Shown here piece by piece: positions 47,701-57,131 of a stretch of DNA of 64,000 nt. This DNA is from Bacilli bacterium. Lineage in GTDB: Bacteria; Bacillota_I; Bacilli_A; RFN20; CAG-826. The position numbers and the translations under genes are program-made. The first letter of the stretch is position 1. The number at the start of each line of letters is the position of its first letter. Location: contig JAZLKX010000057.1 of NCBI GenBank assembly GCA_045597865.1, forward strand, positions 22,321-86,320. Direction: 5' to 3'. The notes below the pieces were generated by a model that did no database searches, was not told the origin of the DNA, and saw only the letters and a program-made list of their open reading frames with translations.

Positions 47701-48357
47701 ATGAAATATAAATGTGCAATCTTTGATTTAGATGGAACTGTCCTTGAATCACTTCAAGGTATTTTAGATGCTGTAAACATGTCATTTAAACAATTAGGTT
47801 GTAACGTTGAAAGAACATATGAAGAGGCTAAATACTTCATAGGGGCAGGGGCTATTGAGTTTGCAAGACGTGCAATGAAAGGTCAAAATATTCCGCTTGA
47901 TCGTGAGCAAGAACTTATGGAAACATTTCTTGTTAACTATGCTAAAACTCAATCAGAGGTGACTAAACCATTTAAGGGCATTCCAGAATTATTTGAAGAA
48001 TTAAGAAAGAATGGTGTTAAAGTTTGCATTGCTTCAAATAAACCTCAAATACTTCTTGAACCAGTCCTTAAACAACTATTTCCTACCTTTAAATTTGATA
48101 TAGCTTATGGTCAAAGGCCAAATAAACCTGAAAAACCAGATCCATTTATCATCTTTGAAATATTTAAAGAATTACGTGTTGAACCAGATGAATGCATTTA
48201 TGTCGGCGATTCAGAATATGATTACGAGACAGCACACAATGCAGGTATCGATTCAGTAATAGTTCGTTATGGTTACGGGTTTTATGATAAACCTTGGATA
48301 AAAAAAGCTACCTACATTGTAGATAGCGTTAATGAATTGAGAGAGTTGCTTAATTAA
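47701..48357 (+). CDS. HAD-family phosphatase (Gph-like)
   Basis: IFDLDGT, ASNK, KPDP, YVGDSEYD. Confidence 0.9.
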   Translation: MKYKCAIFDLDGTVLESLQGILDAVNMSFKQLGCNVERTYEEAKYFIGAGAIEFARRAMKGQNIPLDREQELMETFLVNYAKTQSEVTKPFKGIPELFEELRKNGVKVCIASNKPQILLEPVLKQLFPTFKFDIAYGQRPNKPEKPDPFIIFEIFKELRVEPDECIYVGDSEYDYETAHNAGIDSVIVRYGYGFYDKPWIKKATYIVDSVNELRELLN

Positions 48358-49640
48358 GCAACTTTTTCTTTTACAATTTCTCCAGCCTTTGTTAATGAAA
48401 TCTTTGTGATTACTGGTCCAATTAATTCATAAACAATGGTGGCTGTTAAAATTACTGCAAGTACAAGTGATGCTTCTTTTTGATAACCTAGATTTGCAAA
48501 TGTTTGATTTGCTGTGGTGGCTAATCCAATAGCAACGCCAGCTTGAGGGAATAAGGTAAATCCTAAGTATTTTTGAACTGTTGGTTCAGCTTGTGTAGCT
48601 TTGCTAGCCGCAAATGAACCAGTCCATTTACCAACACATCTCATAACAATGTAGACTAGTGCAACTATTACAACAAGAAGTGCATCTTTTGAAGCAAAGA
48701 TTGTGATGTCTAAGCTTGCACCTGAAATAACAAAGAAAAGCATATATAGTGGTGGTGTTATTGCGTCAATACGTTCAATAACCCTACCTGCATCGCTTCT
48801 CATATTAATAAATATTGCACCAATCATCATACAAGAAAGTAATGAGGAGAATGTAAAATCAACACCAAACATTTTCCATTGTTTTGAAACTGCAAGCATC
48901 GATAGACCAACAACAACAAAAATAGCACAAATAATCATGATTGAACGGTTGGCTCTAGAATGGAATAATTTGCAACCAAGTGCCACTAAAATGCCTAAAA
49001 CAGCGCCTAAACCTAATGAAACAAGAATTTCAATTAGAGGTACAACAAGTACTTCCATTACAGAAACAGATGTTCCGCCAGCGAGTGATTTTGAAAGTGA
49101 AAATAAAACTGCAAAAGCTATTAAAGCTACTGCATCATCGAATGCAACAACAGGAACTAAAGTATCAACAACTGGTCCTCTAGCTTTGTATTGTCTAATA
49201 ACCATAAGTGTTGCAGCTGGTGCAGTAGCGCATGCGATTGCGCCTAAAGTCAAAATAATAGAAATAGGTAATTGATCTTTTAAGAAAATATATGCAATAA
49301 ATAATCCACCAATTGTGATGATTGCGCCGCCTAAGGCCTCACATATGGTGATTATTATGATTTTTTTGCCAACACGGGAGAGCGCATCTTTTTTAAATGA
49401 ACAACCGATGGTGAACGCAATAAAACCTAATGCTATTTCGCTTATCCATTTAATTGCAGATAAAGAAGTAGCACCATCTTCAACGCTCCATCCACCAATA
49501 AATTTGCCCAAAACAAAAGGTCCAAAAATGATTCCAGCAATAAGATAACCTGTAACATTAGGCAATCTTAAAAGCTTCATTAAACGTGAGCTTAATAAAC
49601 CAACTAAAAGAGCTAATGCTATGCAAAGAATTTGATTCAT
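48354..49640 (-). CDS. Cation:proton antiporter (CPA family)
   Basis: LPNVTGYLIAG, ATAPAAT, VVAFDD, FFVISGA, PQAGVAIGL. Confidence 0.9.
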   Translation of the reverse strand: MNQILCIALALLVGLLSSRLMKLLRLPNVTGYLIAGIIFGPFVLGKFIGGWSVEDGATSLSAIKWISEIALGFIAFTIGCSFKKDALSRVGKKIIIITICEALGGAIITIGGLFIAYIFLKDQLPISIILTLGAIACATAPAATLMVIRQYKARGPVVDTLVPVVAFDDAVALIAFAVLFSLSKSLAGGTSVSVMEVLVVPLIEILVSLGLGAVLGILVALGCKLFHSRANRSIMIICAIFVVVGLSMLAVSKQWKMFGVDFTFSSLLSCMMIGAIFINMRSDAGRVIERIDAITPPLYMLFFVISGASLDITIFASKDALLVVIVALVYIVMRCVGKWTGSFAASKATQAEPTVQKYLGFTLFPQAGVAIGLATTANQTFANLGYQKEASLVLAVILTATIVYELIGPVITKISLTKAGEIVKEKVA

Positions 49641-49643
49641 GAA

Positions 49644-49976
49644 TTAGAAACTGCCTTCGTAGCTTTCGATTGGAGTAGCAAACATTCCGCCTTTTACTAA
49701 AGTAAAGTTCTTTGTAAATTCACGAATGTTTTCTTGAACTTCTTTCAATTCATCATCTTCTAAAATGAAATAAATTGTGGTGTTGTGTACAAACTTATTT
49801 TCGCTAAGATGTGCAAGTGAAAAGAATGATGGAGTATCTTCTTCCTCGTCATGAATGACGTGTTTTAAAGAAGTGGATGATAAGACGGTTCCATTAAAAC
49901 CAAGTTCTGAAAGCTTGTGAATGAGATCGTGAGTTTCCTTTTTATTGTCTAGAACAACAAATAATAAATGCTTCAT
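49644..49976 (-). CDS. PII-like small protein upstream of the antiporter
   Basis: MKHLLFVVLD...GFNGTVLSS...GGMFATPI pattern; start after GAGG. Confidence 0.6.
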   Translation of the reverse strand: MKHLLFVVLDNKKETHDLIHKLSELGFNGTVLSSTSLKHVIHDEEEDTPSFFSLAHLSENKFVHNTTIYFILEDDELKEVQENIREFTKNFTLVKGGMFATPIESYEGSF

Positions 49977-50168
49977 TTTTGTGGCCTCGCTATTAAGTAT
50001 TATATTCTCCTTAATTGCTTTTAGCAATTGTATTTAATAAATAAGTAATTAGTTATAATAATTATTAATATTTATTTTTGAACAATTTGTTAAAAAAATA
50101 AATTCTTGGTTGTTATATTTTTCATTTAGTGTATATTATTGTTTACTTCGTAAGGAGGGTCGATAGCT

Positions 50169-53100
50169 ATGCTAGAACTTAAGAATATTGTCAAAGACTA
50201 TGTTAGCGGTAATAACGTCACTCATGCACTTAAAGGCATTTCTGTTAACTTCAGAAAGAATGAGTTTGTTTCAATTTTAGGCGCATCTGGCTGTGGTAAA
50301 ACAACCACATTAAATATCATCGGTGGACTTGATCGTTATACATCAGGTGATTTAATTATTAACGATAAATCTACTAAAAATTATACTGATAGAGATTGGG
50401 ATACATACCGCAACCATTCAATTGGTTTTATTTTCCAAACCTATAACTTAATTGGTCATCAAAATATTCTTAAAAACGTCGAATTAGCACTTACTATCTC
50501 CGGAATCGGCAAAGCCGAACGTAGAGGTAGAGCCATTGAAGCCTTAAAGAAAGTCGGTCTTGAAGGCATGGAGAAGAAAAAACCAAATCAACTTTCTGGT
50601 GGACAATGTCAAAGAGTTGCTATTGCTCGTGCTTTAGTTAATAATCCAGAAATTCTTCTCGCAGATGAACCAACTGGTGCTTTGGATTCTGAAACATCAG
50701 TTCAAATCATGGATCTTTTGAAAGAAGTAGCTGCAGATCGACTTGTTATCATGGTTACCCACAACCCTGATTTAGCTTATAAATATTCAACACGTATTAT
50801 CAAAATGAGTGATGGCGTCTTAATTGATGACTCAATGCCGTTTGACGGAGTTGAGGCACCAGTTTCGATTGAAACACCGCAAGTAAGCAAAGGCAAAAAG
50901 AAATCTGCAATGTCTCTTAAAACTGCTACTGGTTTATCTTTAGCTAACCTTTTCTCGAAATTAAAAAGAACCATTTTAGTTACTATTGCTGGTTCAATCG
51001 GTATTATTGGTGTTTCTGCAGTTCTTGCAGTTAGACAAGGTGTTAAGGATTTTATCGGAGACATGCAAGATGATATGCTTTCAAGTTATCCAATTGAAAT
51101 TGCAGAAGAAAGTGTTGACTATACATCACTTATGAGTGGTTTAAGCGCAGATGTTTCTTCTAAGGCGCTTCAAAATTTTGACATCAAGACACAAGTTGGT
51201 GTTGATTCAATGATTAATTATTTAATGACAGCTTATAGCGACATTACTTCGGTTAAGACCAATACTATAAATGATGAATTAGTCGACTATATCGATCAAA
51301 TTGATCCAAATACAGTTTCTTCTATATATAAAAACTATTCAATCGATCCAACAAACTCTATTTTTGGTTCATGGCAAAACAACTTTGGTGAAAAGGGTCA
51401 CAATGATGTAGCCTCTTTAAATGGTTTAACTCAATCATACATCTCTGAACTTAAAACAGTTGAAGGCTTTAAATCGTATGCTTCATATGTTGATTTATTT
51501 ACTGGTTTTATGAAAGAAATGCCTGGTTCTACAGATTATATTAGTGATCAATATGATTTAATAGCTGGCTCTAAGTTTGCAGAAGAAGAAAACGAAATGA
51601 TGTTAGTTGTTGATCAAAACACAACTCTTACTGATTTGCTTTTAGCAGAGATGGGCATTTATGATCATGATGAATTTATTAATATTGCTAAACAAGCAAT
51701 TAAGAAAAATGAAATTCCAGAAGAATGGACCAAAGAACAAAAAGATGCTGAAATTCAACGTCTTGAAGAAAAATATCCATATACAAAAACATTTAACTTT
51801 GAAGATTTGTTAAATCGTAAGTTCTATTATTTCCCACAAGATCAACTTTGGGAAAACGGTGTTGTTTCAGCAGACGAAAAAGTTTGCAACGTTGTTCTTT
51901 TAAAGCTTGATACAGTTCAAACGACACCTGTAGTGGTTATGATGACAACCGCCTTATGCAACCTTGAATATCAAACAAATGATAGAATCACAGGAACCTA
52001 TCTTTCAATGGGAGGTACTGGTTCTATTGAGTTTAAACAATTAGATTTTCAACGTTTAGATGAAACATTTGTTCCAGATCCAGAACATCTTGCTAACAAT
52101 CTTGTTGGCAAATGGGTTTCATACAATAATGAAAAGAAACCTGAAGTTACAATCGATTTTGATGATAACATTCCTGGTGTCGGCTATGCTGTTTATTTTG
52201 ATGATTCTACAACACCAGTTCGTATGACTGGAACAATCAAAGAAGATGTTAAAACTATTCAGGGTTATAATTACAATGCTTTTATTACTAATCAAGATAT
52301 GCTTGCAAAACCTGAAGAGCATAAAGGTTTAGAGATGAAAATTACCGGCATCTTAAGATTAAAGGATACAAGAAAGTTTGGTACCTTAAGCAGAGGTGTT
52401 TATTATAGTCAAAAATTTGCAAATAGATTTATAACTGATGCAAATAATAGTGATGCATTATTAACTAAGGCTTTTGAAGATCACATCAAAGTTTATAAGG
52501 ACAAAGAAAAAGAACAACAAGGTTTCTCGGCTTATGTTCAATTCGACTACCTTGATCATACTAACGATAACGAAGATGAAGGACATAACGGTGTAGTTAA
52601 ACATGGTTATGCCAACGCTTTAAACGGTGATATGTCTAGCTCATTTGCAGATTTGTTCTCAGCTATTACAGGAATCAACTATTTAGAAACAGATTCAGTT
52701 CATTTGCGTTCTGTTTGTGGTTACAAAACACTTATATCTAGAGATGAAACTGAAAAGATTACAGATATTGATTTCAAAAAGCTTCCAAAAGAAATAGATA
52801 TTTATCCTCTTAACTTTGAGACAAAAGACAAAGTCACAAACCATTTAAATAAATGGAATGGTGAAGATTCAATAACTGTGTTTAAAGGAACACCAAACGA
52901 AAAAGTTTTAACCGCAAAAGAACGTGATTCCTTAACATATACTGATACTATTTCATTAATTATCGCAGTTATTAATACCTTGATTGATGCAATTTCAATC
53001 GCTCTTGTTGTCTTTACATCACTTTCACTCGTTGTTAGCTGCTTCATGATTGCAGTTATTACATACATCTCAGTTGTTGAGCGTATTAAAGAAATTGGTG

Positions 53101-53393
53101 TTATACGTTCACTCGGTGGACGTAAACGCGATGTTGCAAGTTTATTTGTTATGGAAAACTTGTTAACAGGTCTATTCTCAGGTTTGTTTGGTGTAGGTAT
53201 AACTTATTTACTTCAAATAATACTTAACATCTGTTTAAAAGCAGCATTTGGAATTGTAATTGCTAACTTTACAATTGGAACCGCCGCGATCATGATTGGT
53301 GTTTCAATCTTGCTCAGCGTTGTTTCAGGATTTATTCCATCACAGAGTGCTGCACATAAAGATCCAGTTGTTGCATTGCGTACAGCTGAATAA
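50169..53393 (+). CDS. MacB/FtsX-type ABC transporter, fused ATPase-permease
   Basis: GASGCGKT, LSGGQCQR, LLADEPTG; TM1 AGSIGIIG; SVVERIKEIGVIRSLG; DPVVALR. Confidence 0.92.
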   Translation: MLELKNIVKDYVSGNNVTHALKGISVNFRKNEFVSILGASGCGKTTTLNIIGGLDRYTSGDLIINDKSTKNYTDRDWDTYRNHSIGFIFQTYNLIGHQNILKNVELALTISGIGKAERRGRAIEALKKVGLEGMEKKKPNQLSGGQCQRVAIARALVNNPEILLADEPTGALDSETSVQIMDLLKEVAADRLVIMVTHNPDLAYKYSTRIIKMSDGVLIDDSMPFDGVEAPVSIETPQVSKGKKKSAMSLKTATGLSLANLFSKLKRTILVTIAGSIGIIGVSAVLAVRQGVKDFIGDMQDDMLSSYPIEIAEESVDYTSLMSGLSADVSSKALQNFDIKTQVGVDSMINYLMTAYSDITSVKTNTINDELVDYIDQIDPNTVSSIYKNYSIDPTNSIFGSWQNNFGEKGHNDVASLNGLTQSYISELKTVEGFKSYASYVDLFTGFMKEMPGSTDYISDQYDLIAGSKFAEEENEMMLVVDQNTTLTDLLLAEMGIYDHDEFINIAKQAIKKNEIPEEWTKEQKDAEIQRLEEKYPYTKTFNFEDLLNRKFYYFPQDQLWENGVVSADEKVCNVVLLKLDTVQTTPVVVMMTTALCNLEYQTNDRITGTYLSMGGTGSIEFKQLDFQRLDETFVPDPEHLANNLVGKWVSYNNEKKPEVTIDFDDNIPGVGYAVYFDDSTTPVRMTGTIKEDVKTIQGYNYNAFITNQDMLAKPEEHKGLEMKITGILRLKDTRKFGTLSRGVYYSQKFANRFITDANNSDALLTKAFEDHIKVYKDKEKEQQGFSAYVQFDYLDHTNDNEDEGHNGVVKHGYANALNGDMSSSFADLFSAITGINYLETDSVHLRSVCGYKTLISRDETEKITDIDFKKLPKEIDIYPLNFETKDKVTNHLNKWNGEDSITVFKGTPNEKVLTAKERDSLTYTDTISLIIAVINTLIDAISIALVVFTSLSLVVSCFMIAVITYISVVERIKEIGVIRSLGGRKRDVASLFVMENLLTGLFSGLFGVGITYLLQIILNICLKAAFGIVIANFTIGTAAIMIGVSILLSVVSGFIPSQSAAHKDPVVALRTAE

Positions 53394-53417
53394 AAGAAAA
53401 AGGGCAGTGCCCTAATT

Positions 53418-53996
53418 CTATAAATAATTAACCATAAGCCCGATAATTGCGGACATAACAATGATCGAAATTGGTCCGGGCTTTTTCTTTAATATTATTT
53501 TTAATAAGAAATATCCAGCCACAATTAGAACAAAAATCTTAATTGCAGTAAATTGTGGTGCAAAACTAATTGATCCGCCTTCAACCTTATATGGGAATAA
53601 AACATCAGCAAGTAAAGTAATTGCAGAAGAGCAAATAAGTGCAATAGCTACACCTTTAATGCCACCTAATGCCCCCTGAACGTATTTATTCTTCATAAAT
53701 CTTTTTAGCAAAATTGAGATTAAAAGCATAATGAGGAAGGACGGCAAAATAACACCTAATGTTGCAATTGCTGCGCCACCAATACCAGCTTGTGTAGACC
53801 CGATGTAGGTAGCCATATTAATTGCAATAGGGCCAGGTGTAACCTCAGAAACACCAATCATGTTTAAAAATTGGGACTCGGTAAGCCAGTTATACTTTAA
53901 AACGACCTCTTTGATAAGAGGAATCATTGCATAGCCGCCACCAAAGGTAAATAAGCCAATCTTAAGGAATTCTAAGAATAATTGGAGGTAAATCAT
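53418..53996 (-). CDS. Short-chain chromate transporter (CHR) subunit
   Basis: KIGLFTFGGGYAMIP, SEVTPGPIAIN. Confidence 0.92.
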   Translation of the reverse strand: MIYLQLFLEFLKIGLFTFGGGYAMIPLIKEVVLKYNWLTESQFLNMIGVSEVTPGPIAINMATYIGSTQAGIGGAAIATLGVILPSFLIMLLISILLKRFMKNKYVQGALGGIKGVAIALICSSAITLLADVLFPYKVEGGSISFAPQFTAIKIFVLIVAGYFLLKIILKKKPGPISIIVMSAIIGLMVNYL

Positions 53997-54580
53997 TTTT
54001 TACCTCCTTTTCTTCTAGGAATAACTCCATAGATGAGTAAACCTATAACAGCACCAAGTAAAATGAAATAAATTGCAGAGAAGTCAATTGCAAATACTGT
54101 AAACAAAACCATTGCGATTGTAACGATAATTAAAGTTAAAATGAGGAATAAATCCTTTTTAGTGCCTTTAATTAAAGTATAAGAAACCTTAAGTAATAAG
54201 AAGACAACGCCTGCTTTAATACCCATGAATGCGTACTGAATTGCTTCTGCAGTAAGAATTTTTTCTAAAAATAAGGAGATGCAGAACATGAGCACAAAAG
54301 GAGTAATGACAACGCCTAATGTAGCGAGTAGTGCACCCAAAAATCCGCAACGTTTATAGCCTAAATAGGTCGCAAGATTAATTGCAATTGGTCCTGGAGT
54401 GGATTCGCTAATAGCGGTCATCTCCATTAATTCATCATTATCAATCCAATGTTTTCTTTCAACAAGTTCATCTTGTAACAAAGTTAACATTGTTGTTCCG
54501 CCACCAATAGAAAAGATTCCTAGTTTGAAGAAGACTAGGAAGGTTTGTAGTAAATCTTTAGCAGAAAACTTGGCTTTCAT
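53993..54580 (-). CDS. Short-chain chromate transporter (CHR) subunit
   Basis: KLGIFSIGGG, SESTPGPIAINLATYLG. Confidence 0.92.
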   Translation of the reverse strand: MKAKFSAKDLLQTFLVFFKLGIFSIGGGTTMLTLLQDELVERKHWIDNDELMEMTAISESTPGPIAINLATYLGYKRCGFLGALLATLGVVITPFVLMFCISLFLEKILTAEAIQYAFMGIKAGVVFLLLKVSYTLIKGTKKDLFLILTLIIVTIAMVLFTVFAIDFSAIYFILLGAVIGLLIYGVIPRRKGGKK

Positions 54581-54626
54581 AATTGTGATTATAGCATAAT
54601 TCTAGAATAATGCTAAAATATAAGCC

Positions 54627-55148
54627 ATGGAACCATTATTCAAGTTCAAAGATGATCAATACATGTTTAAGGGAATTACTCATACTCGTGAGATAGTTCG
54701 TGCTATTTTAATCGACGAGAATAATAACGTTTGTATTGAGAAGATTGTTGATGATGATGGTTTTGGTCCAAGAGACTATTACGAAACTCCTGGTGGAGGC
54801 ATTAAACCAGGAGAAACTCATGAACAAGCTTTGCACCGTGAAATAGAAGAAGAAGTTGGGTACAAATGTGAAGTTCTTTCTGCTTTAGGAGAAGTTGATG
54901 ATTATTACAATCTAATTTATCGTAAAAATCATAACTATTTCTACTTAGTAAAAAGACTAGAAAAAGCAGAACAGCATCTTGAACCAGATGAAGCTATCAG
55001 AATTAACAAAATTATGTGGGTTCCAATTGATCAAGCAATTGAACTTTATGAGAATATGCAAAATGTTCTTGTTGGAAAGATTGTCAAACAAAGAGAACTT
55101 CCAATTCTAAAACTAGCAAAAATTGCTTTACAAAGTAAAACGAAATAG
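54627..55148 (+). CDS. Nudix hydrolase
   Basis: ETPGGGIKPGETHEQALHREIEEEVG. Confidence 0.9.
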   Translation: MEPLFKFKDDQYMFKGITHTREIVRAILIDENNNVCIEKIVDDDGFGPRDYYETPGGGIKPGETHEQALHREIEEEVGYKCEVLSALGEVDDYYNLIYRKNHNYFYLVKRLEKAEQHLEPDEAIRINKIMWVPIDQAIELYENMQNVLVGKIVKQRELPILKLAKIALQSKTK

Positions 55149-55169
55149 GTATTATTATTGTCGCGACTT

Positions 55170-55247
55170 GGCGAGTGTGGTGAAGAGGCCAAACACAACC
55201 GGCTGTGAACCGGTCATTCGTGAGTTCGAATCTCATCACTCGCCCCA
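55170..55247 (+). tRNA. tRNA-His(GTG)
   Basis: G-1 plus GCGAGTG/CACTCGC and C73; ACCGG-CTGTGAA-CCGGT; CCA. Confidence 0.95.
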
Positions 55248-55426
55248 TTCAAGTGAGATAGAACCAATGCATAGCAATTGGTTCTTTTTTCTTTAAAATC
55301 AATGCTTTTTTATTGTTTTGCAGAACCTTTCCTATTTTCATCATAATGTTAGTAAAGAAAAAGTGTTTGAACACTGAACACGCATAACAGATATGTGAGT
55401 GGTGGTGCAAACTAAAAATAAAAAGA

Positions 55427-55470
55427 AAATCCCTGGTTTAGAACGTTTCGTCCAAACTCAGGGATTTTTT
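55427..55470. terminator. Hairpin terminating the recombinase operon
   Basis: AAAATCCCTG...CAGGGATTTT with A/T runs on both sides. Confidence 0.65.
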
Positions 55471-57131
55471 TATTTGTTGATAAATATTCCAAAGTAACAA
55501 ATTGAAGTTGATGATCTAATTTTGTACCTATATTCGCAAATGTATTGCATAGGTATTTTATTCGGATTTAAAGGCAGATGACTTAAGTCTTCAGAGCCAA
55601 CAACAAATATCAATCTATCGCGGTTTAAAATAATTAAATTTTTAAATAGTTTTCTAAAATCAAAATCGCCTATATCGTCTGTTTTTGGAATTCCATCCAA
55701 AGCTTCAATTTCTATTTTTGCTCTTGTTTCAGGGGATATTGAGGTTATTTTATGATTCTCACAAATTAGTTTCTTATTCTCTAGATCTGATATGGTTTTT
55801 CTTAACTCATTAGTTAGTGAAATAAAAGCCTCGTCTTTAAAATCAGAATATTTGTTCAATTGAATTTTAAGTTCATTAATTTGTTTATTAATATTCTGCA
55901 TTTCTTGATTATCGTTAATTATTGAAATATCCGTGTTTTCAATAGGATTTTTACTAAATTCCTTAATTAAATCATTTTTAAACTCTGTTCTATTATCTTT
56001 TAATTTTTGAACCAAAATAGGAATCATTTTCTTTAAATCCGAAATATAAACAGATTCGCTTTCTGAACATTGATGCCTGTGTTTATTTGAAGAGCAATAT
56101 AGCATCTCAACCATTCGATTAAATTTCCTAAAATAGGTATTATGACAATAAGGACAAAATCCAAAAGAAGTAAAAGGTGTGATTTTGTTAAGGCAATTTT
56201 TGTGACCCAATTTGTACTTTTCCGCATTTGTAATCATTACTTGTTGGCATTTAGCCCAAAGTTCTCTTGTTACTATTGGCGGAATTGCATCTTTTATTAA
56301 GTACTGTTCTTTTTGGCCTTTGTTAATAATTCTTTTTTGCGATATAGGGTTTTCCGAATATGACTTCTGCAATAAAACATCTCCACAATACTTTTCATTT
56401 TTTAACATTCTTCTAAGCGTTGATGATGACCATCGTCCGTTTCCGGTGATTGTTGGAACGCTGTTATATTCAAGAAAATCTGCTATCGATGCTGTATTAT
56501 TTCCTTCAGCGTACATTTCAAATATTTTTCTAACATATATGGCTTCTTTCTCGTTTATTACAATTTTTCTATTGTCATCAAAGCGGTAACCAAATAAACG
56601 AGCAGCATCAATATAGAATTGGCCTGTTTCCATTTTTCTTTGGTTTGTCCATTTTACATTATTGCTTATTGAAACAAGTTCTTCTTGTGCGAACTGTGCA
56701 AACATTGTTATGAAAGTGTCTGACTTGGTGTCTAGAGATGAAAGATTTTCTTTTTCAAAATAAACCTCTATTCCCTCATCTCTTAAATCTTGAATAGTGG
56801 CCAATAAATCTATAGTATTTCTAGCAAAGCGCGATATAGATTTAACCAGGATTACATCAATTTCATTTGCTAAAGCTTTGTTTATCATTATTCTGAATTG
56901 ATTTCTTTTTTTAATTGAAGATCCTGATATTCCATCATCAGCATAAATACCTGCAAATTCCCAAGCTGTGTTTTGATTAATTAAAGTAGTGTAATATCTA
57001 ATTTGATTTTCTAATGAATTTTCTAGATCCAATTTATCTCTTGAAATTCGTGCATAAGCAGCAACTTTTAGTTTCTGACCTAGAGGAATTTCGTGCAACA
57101 ATTTTAAATTCTCAATCATGTTATTCTCCAA
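55470..57131 (-). CDS. Large serine recombinase 2
   Basis: VAAYARISRD (catalytic Ser), KSISRFARN, FGYR, LKNEKYCGD, Zn ribbon CPYC. Confidence 0.93.
   Translation of the reverse strand: MENNMIENLKLLHEIPLGQKLKVAAYARISRDKLDLENSLENQIRYYTTLINQNTAWEFAGIYADDGISGSSIKKRNQFRIMINKALANEIDVILVKSISRFARNTIDLLATIQDLRDEGIEVYFEKENLSSLDTKSDTFITMFAQFAQEELVSISNNVKWTNQRKMETGQFYIDAARLFGYRFDDNRKIVINEKEAIYVRKIFEMYAEGNNTASIADFLEYNSVPTITGNGRWSSSTLRRMLKNEKYCGDVLLQKSYSENPISQKRIINKGQKEQYLIKDAIPPIVTRELWAKCQQVMITNAEKYKLGHKNCLNKITPFTSFGFCPYCHNTYFRKFNRMVEMLYCSSNKHRHQCSESESVYISDLKKMIPILVQKLKDNRTEFKNDLIKEFSKNPIENTDISIINDNQEMQNINKQINELKIQLNKYSDFKDEAFISLTNELRKTISDLENKKLICENHKITSISPETRAKIEIEALDGIPKTDDIGDFDFRKLFKNLIILNRDRLIFVVGSEDLSHLPLNPNKIPMQYICEYRYKIRSSTSICYFGIFINK

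Noticed and set aside
55361-55415. Second att-like site (GTGTTTGAACAC...GGTGGTGCAAAC)
   Set aside because: Only about 5 bp of symmetry; not distinguishable from chance without comparative data
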